Origin: Clostridia bacterium
GTDB lineage: Bacteria; Bacillota; Clostridia; Oscillospirales; CAG-272
NCBI GenBank assembly: GCA_017505745.1
Contig: JAFVOP010000031.1
Coordinates: forward strand, 50,712 to 114,711
Length of the DNA stretch: 64,000 nt
Direction of reading: 5' to 3'
Shown: positions 54,252 through 62,351 of the stretch, piece after piece
How positions within the stretch are numbered: position 1 is the stretch's first letter
Layout of the letters: each line of letters begins with the position of its first letter
Program-made: the position numbers and the translations under genes
The notes under the pieces: generated by a model
What the model was told of the DNA's origin: nothing
Databases searched by the model: none
Seen by the model: the letters and a program-made list of their open reading frames with translations, nothing else

Positions 54252-54371
54252 ATGTAACCTCCGTTATCGCCAGTTTCGCCTTTGTATTACAAAGGCATAG
54301 GGCAAAGCCCATACCCCTACAATACCGAATATATTATATCATAGATTAGCAGAGAAAGCAAGAGTTATATT

Positions 54372-54540
54372 CCGACTCCGTCGGAGTAATATTATACGGC
54401 TCCGCCGTGTAGTGATATTGTTCGGCTTCGCCTCACAGTGATATTTTATTCGCCCCTTTAACTTGCGAAGCAAATATCACTCGGTGCAAGCCGAATACCA
54501 CTGCGTACACAATGCAATTGTGCGCAATAGAACTCACCCA
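54372..54540. repeat. Second dyad-symmetric octamer/mini-hairpin array (same family as 20701-20870)
   Basis: GTAATATT (54386), GTGATATT (54412) and GTGATATT (54438) at exact 26-bp phasing, then AATATCAC (ends 54480) and AATACCAC (ends 54501). Hairpins CCGAC-tcc-GTCGG, ACGGC-tcc-GCCGT, GGC-ttc-GCC, TTGC-gaa-GCAA, TCGG-tgcaag-CCGA. Confidence 0.8.
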
Positions 54541-54598
54541 AGGCGAATAAAACTGCCCAACCTCCTTATGAGAAGTTGGGCAAGCCCCGCTTTTTTAC

Positions 54599-55089
54599 AA
54601 TGTCATTCAGTTAAGGAATCATGAAAGGCTCTCCCACCGGGAGAGCTGGCGCCGTAGGGCGACTGAGAGGGGATTTTATTCCTATAAACTTCGTTAGCGT
54701 AAAACAGGATGCTTTCCATATCAAAATTAACTTCATAGAGCATTTAGTGGTCGAAGGCTTCTCTACGCGAAGCCGCCCTAAATGCTAGCGGGAGCATCGC
54801 GGACATCGCGGCCATATTGTTTAGAGCAAACATCATTTGCCGCTATGTGCAATTTGAGCGTTGCTCAAATTGAGAACCGAAGCGAAACGCGCACGAAAGC
54901 AGCCAATTTCGCAATAAAAATGTGTGTAAAGTTCTTGAAAGGGGTCTGGGGGAAACTTCTTACAAGAAGTTTCCTCCAGAAAACATTACGTTAAGGAAGC
55001 CTTTGCTTCCAAAGCCCTCTCCGTCACGCTGTCGCGTGCCACCTCCCCCAAAGTGGGAGGCTTCGTTTTTGTTCACTGAATGACGTTGC
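54599..55089 (+). mobile_element. MITE-like non-coding insertion (~490 bp) with terminal inverted repeats and a 10-bp direct-repeat flank
   Basis: Left end AATGTCATTCAGTTAA (54599-54614). Right end TTCACTGAATGACGTT (55072-55087), matching 14/16 as an inverted repeat. Exact GCTTTTTTAC at 54589-54598 and 55090-55099. No ORF inside. Confidence 0.6.
54834..54977 (+). repeat. Copy C of the ~145-bp structured intergenic element (inside the MITE-like insertion)
   Basis: Core CATTTGCCGCTATGTGCAATTTGAGCGTTGCTCAAATTGAGAACCGAAGCGAAACGCGC. Terminal hairpin at 54948-54977. Confidence 0.85.
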
Positions 55090-55206
55090 GCTTTTTTACC
55101 GCCCGCAAATAAAAAACGCCTGCGCTCTTGACATTTCTCCCCGATGTGTGATATGATTATGGAAGGGAACGGTTGCAACCGGCAAAGCAAAGGAGAGGAT
55201 GGGACG

Positions 55207-56070
55207 ATGCTGACAAACGAATCGGTAACGGCTTGGATCACCGACCGCATGAGCCGCTATGAATATAACAATCTGAAGGAGCTGGAGGGCTTTGCCTTTG
55301 ATGCGCCGCTGGTGGGCTTCAGCCGCGGAGACGATCCGCTCTACGCCTTTTACAAGGAGCATATCGATCCGCACTTTTATCGGCTTCCGCAGGAGTGGCT
55401 CGAAGCGGTGTTGGGCGGGAGCTATGACCCGTCGGGGATCAGCGTGATCAGTTGGGTGCTTCCGCAGACCGTGGATACGAAGGAAAAAAGCCGCAAGTGT
55501 GTGGATTGTCCGCCGCTGGAATGGCAGATGTCCCGCGTGCACGGAGAGGAATGCAACCGCGCCTTGGCGGAGGCGTTGGTGGCGCATTTGACCGCGCAGG
55601 GGATCCCCTCGGTGGCACCCATGCTCTCCGAGCAGTTTTCCTGGGGCGAGAGCGAGGTTCACGGAAAGATCTCCAATTGGTCCGAGCGGCATACGGCGTA
55701 TATCTCGGGACTGGGTACCTTTGGGCTTTGCGACGGCCTGATCTCCGAAAAGGGCAAGGCCGCACGCTACGGCTCGGTGATCGTCTACGCGCCGCTGACG
55801 GCTACCGTGCGTAAGTATTCGACCTACAACGAATACTGCATGGCAAAAAACGGCTGCACCGCCTGCATTCGTCGATGCCCCGCAGGAGCCATTACAAAGG
55901 ACGGGCACGACAAAGCCAAGTGTGTTGCTTACCATCGGGACGCCATCAAGTCGATCTGCCACGAGCGGTACGGCTATGACGGCTATTCGGTTTGCGGACT
56001 CTGCCAAACGGGTGTGCCGTGTGAGAGCGGGATCCCGACATGGGAGCCGAGGGAACAGACCGCGGAATGA
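55207..56070 (+). CDS. 4Fe-4S dicluster protein (epoxyqueuosine-reductase / reductive-dehalogenase-like)
   Basis: ATG 55207 with AAGGAGAG SD. Cys clusters CTACIRRCPAGAI and CGLCQTGVPC. Confidence 0.5.
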   Translation: MLTNESVTAWITDRMSRYEYNNLKELEGFAFDAPLVGFSRGDDPLYAFYKEHIDPHFYRLPQEWLEAVLGGSYDPSGISVISWVLPQTVDTKEKSRKCVDCPPLEWQMSRVHGEECNRALAEALVAHLTAQGIPSVAPMLSEQFSWGESEVHGKISNWSERHTAYISGLGTFGLCDGLISEKGKAARYGSVIVYAPLTATVRKYSTYNEYCMAKNGCTACIRRCPAGAITKDGHDKAKCVAYHRDAIKSICHERYGYDGYSVCGLCQTGVPCESGIPTWEPREQTAE

Positions 56071-56092
56071 AATTGAGGAAACATGTGTGGAA

Positions 56093-56130
56093 AAGGGTTC
56101 TCCCTCTGCCGCGGCGGAAGGAGAACCCTT
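56093..56130 (+). terminator. Terminator-like hairpin
   Basis: AAGGGTTCTCC...GGAGAACCCTT followed by only TT. The T-tract is weak. Confidence 0.45.
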
Positions 56131-56241
56131 TTGACGCCGGTTTTCTCTTTACAGATTCATATGGGACCCACACCCTTTGGCGACTTTGAGAAACGCGGTT
56201 CTTTCTTTTTGGCTCTTTTCTCTCTGTTTTTGGCTTTTGGC

Positions 56242-56271
56242 TTGACAAGCATTTTTGGAGCATGTTATAAT
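56242..56271 (+). promoter_or_regulatory. Sigma-A promoter (extended -10) for the GH78-like gene
   Basis: TTGACA, an 18-nt spacer ending in TGt, then TATAAT. Confidence 0.5.
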
Positions 56272-56324
56272 GAACAAAAATGCGGAAAATCATACGCACA
56301 AGCTGCAAAATCAAGGAGGTTGCC

Positions 56325-58547
56325 ATGCAAAACGTAGGAGTTTGGGCCAAGGAGCTGGACGGACAAATGAACGCGAACGCATTGTTTTTAATGCGTATCG
56401 ATTCCGAAACCGATCGCGCGATATTGGCGCAGATCGCCGCCGTTGACGTGTTTAAGGTGTGGATCAACGGAAACAGTGTGTTTTGGGGTCCCGCGCGTGC
56501 GGCGCACGGTTACGCCACACTTCACCGCTTGCGCTTGCCGCTGAAAAAGGGAGACAACACGCTGGCCATTGTAGTCTCTTCTTATCTTGCGGCAAACTAT
56601 TCGTGCGCCAAGCAGGCTCCGTTTTTCTATTTCCGCGCGCAACAGGGCAATAGAGAGATCACCGCGCGCGATTTCCTCTGTTACCGCTACGTCGAGCGGC
56701 TCCAAAAGGTGCAACGCTATTCCTTCCAGCGCGGATTCTCCGAAAATTACGTCATGGAAACCGATTTTGCGCAGTCATTGGAGAACTATCTGACCGGCGG
56801 TACCCCGCTTTCGGTGGTGGAGAGACCCACGCCAACGCTGCTTGACGAGATCTTTTCGCTCCCGCTGTTGGATCGCGTGTCCTCTGCCGCGCTGCTCTCA
56901 CGCGGAACCTTCGCGTTGGACGAAACGCTGGAGCCGTGGAAGAATCGCTCGATCGATCTGGTAGGCAATTGCTTTGACGGCTATCCGAAGGACGAATTGG
57001 CGGAATGTGTCAGCGATGCGGTCAGCCGGTTCGTCTATCGGGAGATGCCGGGCGCTTCCAACGTCCTGCATGCAGGAGAATATGCCCTGTATCGCTTTGC
57101 GCGCAATCTGTCCGGCCTGCTTCGGCTGCGGGTAACGGTACGGGAGCGCGCGGTGATGTACGCAACCTATGAGGAGATCGCGGCTACAGACCGCCCGGGA
57201 GTGGATCCCTTCCGCATTGGATGCTGCAACGCGGTGAAGTGGGAGCTGGCGCCGGGCAGCTATACGCTCGAAACGATGGAGCCCTATACGGCTCGGCTTG
57301 TACAGCTCTATCTGTGGCAGGGAGAGCTGACGGTGCACTCCGTTGATACGGTGCGGATCGAGAATCCCAACGCCTACAACCTCTCGTTTGTCGCCAAGGA
57401 TGCGGATCTGACGGCAATCGTTGCGGCGGCGCAGCACACGCTGGCGCAAAATTCCTACGACGTTCTGATCGACTGCCCCTCGCGCGAGCGCGCTTGTTGG
57501 ATCAACGATTTTTACTACACGCACCAAAGCGCGGAGCTTTGCTTTGGAAGCACCGACGCCACGCGCGCGTCGCTCCTCCCCACGCTTCTCGGCAAGGGGC
57601 TTTCGCATCTTCCCGAGGGCATGCTTCCCATGGTGTATCCGGGCGATCACCTCGACGGCAACTACATTCCGCTTTGCGCCATGTGGTATCTTTTCACGCT
57701 TTGCAATCTGCTCGACCGCGGACAAATGGCCGAATATCGCGCCCCGGCCAAGGAAAAGGCCTACGGTGTGCTGCGGTGCTTCCGGGCGTATGAGAACGAG
57801 GACGGACTTCTGGAGAATCTGGGCGGTTGGATCTTTGTGGAATGGTCGGCGGCGGGCAGTCGCGCGTTCGTCAGCGGAGTGAACTATCCCTCCAACATGC
57901 TCTATTATAAGACCTTATGCGCCGTGGGAACCACCTTCAAAGATGCGGCACTTCTGGAAAAAGCCGCGCGTGTAAAGGAGGCGATCCTTGCCCAATCCTT
58001 TGACGGTACCTTTTTCCAGGATAACCGCATCCGTGTGGACGGCAAGCTGACGCTGCAGGGGCATATTTCCGAGACCTGCCAGTATTACGCCTATTTCTCG
58101 GGCGTGGCGACCAAGGAGCAGTTCCCGGAGCATTTTCGCTTGCTGATCGAGCGGTTCGGTCCCTTCCGCAACCGCGCGCAGCTGTATCCCGAAATCGATG
58201 CATCGAATATCATCGTGGGGCTTCTCATGCGTCTGGATCTTCTCAACGAGGCGGGCGAATACCGCCGTGTGATCGACGAGACCAAAGCCATTTTCGGTTG
58301 CATGGCAGAGGGCACGCAAACGCTGTGGGAAAACACCACCGCAAAGGCCAGCTGCAATCACGGCATTGCATCCTACGTGATCCGGCCGCTGCTGCGCGCG
58401 ATGATCGGGCTGGACGGCCCCACCTCCGAGGGACTCTCCCTGAGCGATTCCTTTTGTGCCGACGTGGATTGCGAGGTGCGCCTGCCGATCGGTGGCCGCA
58501 GCGTAACGGTTACGGTGGCCAACGGGGTACGTACGGTAAAGGACTGA
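56325..58547 (+). CDS. GH78-like alpha-L-rhamnosidase family protein (six-hairpin glycosidase)
   Basis: ATG 56325 with AAGGAGG SD. The VLIDCPSRERACWINDFYY motif (DCPxRER) is characteristic of GH78 catalytic domains. Confidence 0.6.
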   Translation: MQNVGVWAKELDGQMNANALFLMRIDSETDRAILAQIAAVDVFKVWINGNSVFWGPARAAHGYATLHRLRLPLKKGDNTLAIVVSSYLAANYSCAKQAPFFYFRAQQGNREITARDFLCYRYVERLQKVQRYSFQRGFSENYVMETDFAQSLENYLTGGTPLSVVERPTPTLLDEIFSLPLLDRVSSAALLSRGTFALDETLEPWKNRSIDLVGNCFDGYPKDELAECVSDAVSRFVYREMPGASNVLHAGEYALYRFARNLSGLLRLRVTVRERAVMYATYEEIAATDRPGVDPFRIGCCNAVKWELAPGSYTLETMEPYTARLVQLYLWQGELTVHSVDTVRIENPNAYNLSFVAKDADLTAIVAAAQHTLAQNSYDVLIDCPSRERACWINDFYYTHQSAELCFGSTDATRASLLPTLLGKGLSHLPEGMLPMVYPGDHLDGNYIPLCAMWYLFTLCNLLDRGQMAEYRAPAKEKAYGVLRCFRAYENEDGLLENLGGWIFVEWSAAGSRAFVSGVNYPSNMLYYKTLCAVGTTFKDAALLEKAARVKEAILAQSFDGTFFQDNRIRVDGKLTLQGHISETCQYYAYFSGVATKEQFPEHFRLLIERFGPFRNRAQLYPEIDASNIIVGLLMRLDLLNEAGEYRRVIDETKAIFGCMAEGTQTLWENTTAKASCNHGIASYVIRPLLRAMIGLDGPTSEGLSLSDSFCADVDCEVRLPIGGRSVTVTVANGVRTVKD

Positions 58548-58560
58548 CGGTTGTATTTAC

Positions 58561-58606
58561 AAGGCTCCCACTTCAAACGCCGGTTTGGAGCGGGAGCCTT
58601 TTTTTG
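58561..58606 (+). terminator. Intrinsic terminator of the GH78-like gene
   Basis: AAGGCTCCC...GGGAGCCTT long hairpin followed by T7. Confidence 0.85.
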
Positions 58607-58642
58607 AAATGTGTGCAAATTGCCAAATTTGGAAGAGTGGAC

Positions 58643-58671
58643 TTGACAAATCCTTCCGTTTCTGCTATAAT
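58643..58671 (+). promoter_or_regulatory. Consensus extended -10 promoter of an orphan leader/sRNA module
   Basis: TTGACA, a 17-nt spacer ending in TGc, then TATAAT. Confidence 0.6.
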
Positions 58672-58677
58672 GAAATT

Positions 58678-58847
58678 GACCGTAACAGGTTTGACACAAG
58701 CAAACGCCCTGACATCCGCGCGAACGTGCGGTGCCGAGAGCTTTTCTATGGCGAGAACGTGGTCAATCGGAAAATGAATCGGTATCGATCGAGATATGCG
58801 CGCAAATGCGGGGAGAGCCCGCAGCTTTGCGCGTTTTTTTGCTTTTT
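58678..58847 (+). ncRNA. Candidate ~165-nt structured RNA (riboswitch-like leader or sRNA) ending in a strong intrinsic terminator
   Basis: Enclosing helix ATTGACC (58681-87) / GGTCAAT (58761-67). Terminator GCGCGCAAA-TGCGGG-gagag-CCCGCA-gc-TTTGCGCG followed by T7 at 58797-58840. Class not recognised. Confidence 0.4.
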
Positions 58848-58892
58848 TGCAGGCAATTTTTGAAATTTGGAAGAGAGAAGGAGGAAAGGGAA

Positions 58893-58952
58893 ATGACGAA
58901 ACGCTTTTACAAAATTTTGAGCATGGGGTTGGTGTTGATCTTGAGCGTTTAA
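58893..58952 (+). CDS. 19-codon ORF with strong SD (MTKRFYKILSMGLVLILSV*), possibly a vestigial signal-peptide exon or small membrane peptide
   Basis: GAAGGAGGAAAGGGAA precedes the ATG. The hydrophobic, signal-peptide-like sequence stops abruptly. Confidence 0.3.
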   Translation: MTKRFYKILSMGLVLILSV

Positions 58953-59043
58953 CGTCCTATGGGTTTTGCCTACTCGGACCGATAGGACTTCCGCCAAATA
59001 TGATCGCCAAAAACACACACAAAACAGAGGAAAGGAGCATATT

Positions 59044-62000
59044 ATGAAACAGAAATACCGATACATGAAAATGATTGCACTGTTTTTATCTCTGGTTATG
59101 ATCGTATGCTCCACGCCCATGACGATTATTGCAGAGCCGGTGGAGACCGACTCGGCGGAACAGCAAGTCTCCGACGGAATGATCTCGGAGAGCATGGAGA
59201 TTGTGGAGAGTGAGAAGATAGAAGGTATTGCAGAGGTGATATCCTTGCGCGAAGAAAATGCCAAGCATTTCAAGCGCACGGACGGCACCTATGAAATGGT
59301 GGTGTATCCCACGGCGGTGCACCGTAAGGATGAAAACGGAAATTGGCAGGATATTGACAACAATCTGACGTTGCAAACCGTAAAAAACGCTTCGTTTTAT
59401 GCCACCGCCGACGCAAGAACCCGATTTGCAAAGTCGTTTGCGTGGAATCAAGAGCTGTTTGCGCTGAATGAGGACGGATATTCAATTTCCATGACGTTCG
59501 TTTCCAATCAGATCAGCACCGGCACGGTGCAATTTTCGGAAACCCGCGTGGAAAACGCGCCCGCAAGGTCGGATACCAAAGAATTCAGTACGGTAAAAGA
59601 GGCGGCAGAGATCAACAATACAAGCTCGATTTATTATTCGGGTATCAATGCCACCACCGATCTGGAATACGTTTTAAACGGAAATAGCGTAAAGGAAAAC
59701 ATTATTGTAAAGAGCAAGGGCGGGAACTACAAATACACCTTTGATCTTTCGTTGGGCGGCTTGGTTGCGGTGCTGAATGAAAACAACACCGTAAGCCTGA
59801 TCGATCCCAAAACGGCAGAGGTGCAATATCGCATTCCCGTGCCGTATATGTACGATGCCAACGGGGCGCGCTCCTATGACGTGACCTACACGTTGCAAGC
59901 ATTGGAAGCAGGGGAATATCGGCTTGTGATTTCTGCCGATGCCGATTGGATCAACGCCGAGGGAAGAGCCTTTCCCGTGGTGGTTGACCCGGTGATTGAA
60001 GAGGTTGCAGGGCAGGACACCTATATCGATTCCTTGGCTCCCAGCTATAATTTTGGATATAATGACGATATGATCGTGGGCTCCACGCAGATCGCGTTTA
60101 TCCAAGGGGAAATGCCCGAATTGCCCAACGGTGCCGACGTCACACATGCATACCTCACGGTTTCGTATTACTACGATTACGGTGTGGATTCGGGATCAAC
60201 AACGCTGGGGGCGTATCAGGTGTTGCAGCCTTGGGATGAAATGACTTTGAAGTGGAATACCGCAAATGCGTATACCAATCTCGGTATTTCCTCAACGCTG
60301 TTGTATAGCCAAACGCTCTACGGCTCCACGGGTGCTACGAACGATGAACCCGATTGGATCGGATTCGATATCACGGATGCCGTGGCTTCGTGGTATGACG
60401 GAACAGCGTCGAATTACGGCATTGCACTCCGTTATCTCAGCGGAGCAAACGATTCCGTGTATTTGCACACCTACGATGCTTATCCGGAGTATAGTGCGTA
60501 TTATACGGTGGTATACAGTTACAACATTCCCGACGGCGTGTATGCCTTGAAGAACGTTGGAAACAGCGGGCTTTGGATGGATACGCAAAACGATTCCAGC
60601 GAGGCAGGCAAGCATATTCAGCAGTATGCATATAGCACCGCTCCCACCGCAAGCTTTTCTAGAGGTGGCTTGTTCAAGATCTCGCGGGTGCCGAATACGG
60701 AGCTATACGTCATTCGGTTAATGACAAACAATCTCCTTACGTTTGGAATCTCGGGCAATGAGATTCTCACCGTGGAAATTCCGGAAGACGATGCCGATGT
60801 GGATGCGGCGAAGCTCTTCCACATTGAGTACCAAGACAACGGATTTGTACTCCGTCCTCACAATTCCACATACGTGATTACGGCAAATCAAACCACGGCG
60901 TCGGGCGCGGCAGGAGCCCCCAATTCCTATCTTACCAAGGTACTGCAAACCAACGCAACCTCCAGCGCAAAATGGACGTTGCATCAGTATACGGGAGTGC
61001 AGAAGAGTGGAGGGACATTGAATTTTCCACTTTCTTGGATTGATGTAGGTATTATTACTCATAATACATATTATGCGGATGCAGTTGTTTATTCGACGGA
61101 AATAAACGCAAATACCCCGTATATTATGATAGATTCAAGTGATGAAGATATCGTGTATTCTATGTGGGATTGGGAAAATAAGGTTTTAACTATAAATGCT
61201 CAAATTCCGGGAACTATCAAATTGAATTTGAGGGTCAACTCTCCGGATTACTCTGTTATTGAGCAAGTTGGTCAATACAATTTCAATATTCTTCCCGAAG
61301 AGGGGGCTTATTACATTAAGAATGCGGGAACAGGAAGATACATTGATGTAGAAGGTCCTTCAGAGTCTTCCGGGGCGGTCATACAAGAGTGGGGCTTTCA
61401 CACAGGCGCTCAAGAAAAATGGATTGTGGAGCATGTTGATAATTGTTATATTCGCTTAAGATCGGCATACAGTGGCTTATATATGGGCGTCGATTCGAGC
61501 AATCCTTCTTTAGTGCGGCAATATAGTGTTGAAAATGATTATACTCTTTGGAAATTTGACGATACTGCTTCCGGTCATGTGAAGCTGATCTGTAAGGCTT
61601 TGGAATCAAGTTCCAATGTTCTTGGTGTTTCTTCTTCAGTTTCTTATAATGGCTTGGATTTAACACAAACAACATATTCGGAAGATGCTACTCTTACTGA
61701 TGAATGGTATTTATACCTTTTTAAGGATGCCTCCTTTGTAGCCATTCCCCTGTCTGATTGGACGGATTCTGGTAATCCTTTTACTGGTCCGATCGAATCC
61801 ATTCAAGGTATTGGGTATAGTGATTGTTATGATAATTATTCAAATATTTCGAACAGTATGATAAAAAAAGAGTTCGTGGAACGTATGCAATTTTCGAGAA
61901 TTACTGTAATACGAACTCACGGGTTGCCTAACCTCATTATGCTGAAAGGAGATATGTTGAATAGAAGCGATCTTTTGGCAATGCCGGCAGATACGCTCCA

Positions 62001-62331
62001 GTGTTCTGAATTGATTGTATATGTGGCATGCGAAACGGCACAGGGTGGGAAATATGCTGAGAATTTGGTTGCGGCCACGATTGATGCAGGTGCCCGGACT
62101 GTAATAGGTTTTGAAAATTCGGTAGCAACAGGTGCAGCAACGCGGTGGATTTCTAAATTTTTTGAATATTATGCTGACTATAGTATGGTTGATAGCAAAA
62201 ACATTGATGATGTTCTTACTGATACGGATGATTATATGCAAGATGATCCGCAATATGAATTTACAGTCAACGGGGAATTGATTACATTACGTACTTTTGT
62301 AATCGCCGGTGAAAGTGAATTCCCTAATTGA
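59044..62331 (+). CDS. Exported 1095-aa multidomain protein: DNRLRE-type domain, two ricin-type (QxW) lectin-like domains, C-terminal ~200-aa domain with His-Gly / Ala-Cys dyads
   Basis: ATG 59044 with GGAAAGGAG SD. Signal peptide MKQKYRYMKMIALFLSLVMIVCSTPMTIIA. DTYIDSLAPSYNFGYNDDMIVG...LQPWDEMTLKWNTA (DNRLRE-like). IQQYAY.../AKWTLHQY and IQEWGF...EKWIVEH...YTLWKF (ricin-like). C-terminal ITVIRTHG...LIVYVACETAQGG. Confidence 0.7.
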   Translation: MKQKYRYMKMIALFLSLVMIVCSTPMTIIAEPVETDSAEQQVSDGMISESMEIVESEKIEGIAEVISLREENAKHFKRTDGTYEMVVYPTAVHRKDENGNWQDIDNNLTLQTVKNASFYATADARTRFAKSFAWNQELFALNEDGYSISMTFVSNQISTGTVQFSETRVENAPARSDTKEFSTVKEAAEINNTSSIYYSGINATTDLEYVLNGNSVKENIIVKSKGGNYKYTFDLSLGGLVAVLNENNTVSLIDPKTAEVQYRIPVPYMYDANGARSYDVTYTLQALEAGEYRLVISADADWINAEGRAFPVVVDPVIEEVAGQDTYIDSLAPSYNFGYNDDMIVGSTQIAFIQGEMPELPNGADVTHAYLTVSYYYDYGVDSGSTTLGAYQVLQPWDEMTLKWNTANAYTNLGISSTLLYSQTLYGSTGATNDEPDWIGFDITDAVASWYDGTASNYGIALRYLSGANDSVYLHTYDAYPEYSAYYTVVYSYNIPDGVYALKNVGNSGLWMDTQNDSSEAGKHIQQYAYSTAPTASFSRGGLFKISRVPNTELYVIRLMTNNLLTFGISGNEILTVEIPEDDADVDAAKLFHIEYQDNGFVLRPHNSTYVITANQTTASGAAGAPNSYLTKVLQTNATSSAKWTLHQYTGVQKSGGTLNFPLSWIDVGIITHNTYYADAVVYSTEINANTPYIMIDSSDEDIVYSMWDWENKVLTINAQIPGTIKLNLRVNSPDYSVIEQVGQYNFNILPEEGAYYIKNAGTGRYIDVEGPSESSGAVIQEWGFHTGAQEKWIVEHVDNCYIRLRSAYSGLYMGVDSSNPSLVRQYSVENDYTLWKFDDTASGHVKLICKALESSSNVLGVSSSVSYNGLDLTQTTYSEDATLTDEWYLYLFKDASFVAIPLSDWTDSGNPFTGPIESIQGIGYSDCYDNYSNISNSMIKKEFVERMQFSRITVIRTHGLPNLIMLKGDMLNRSDLLAMPADTLQCSELIVYVACETAQGGKYAENLVAATIDAGARTVIGFENSVATGAATRWISKFFEYYADYSMVDSKNIDDVLTDTDDYMQDDPQYEFTVNGELITLRTFVIAGESEFPN

Positions 62332-62351
62332 GATGGATGATGGAGGGTAAC

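Noticed and set aside
58966-59043. Upstream extension of the large exported protein ORF (track start 58966).
   Set aside because: The extension has no SD and a non-signal-like sequence. ATG 59044 has GGAAAGGAG upstream and begins a canonical signal peptide.
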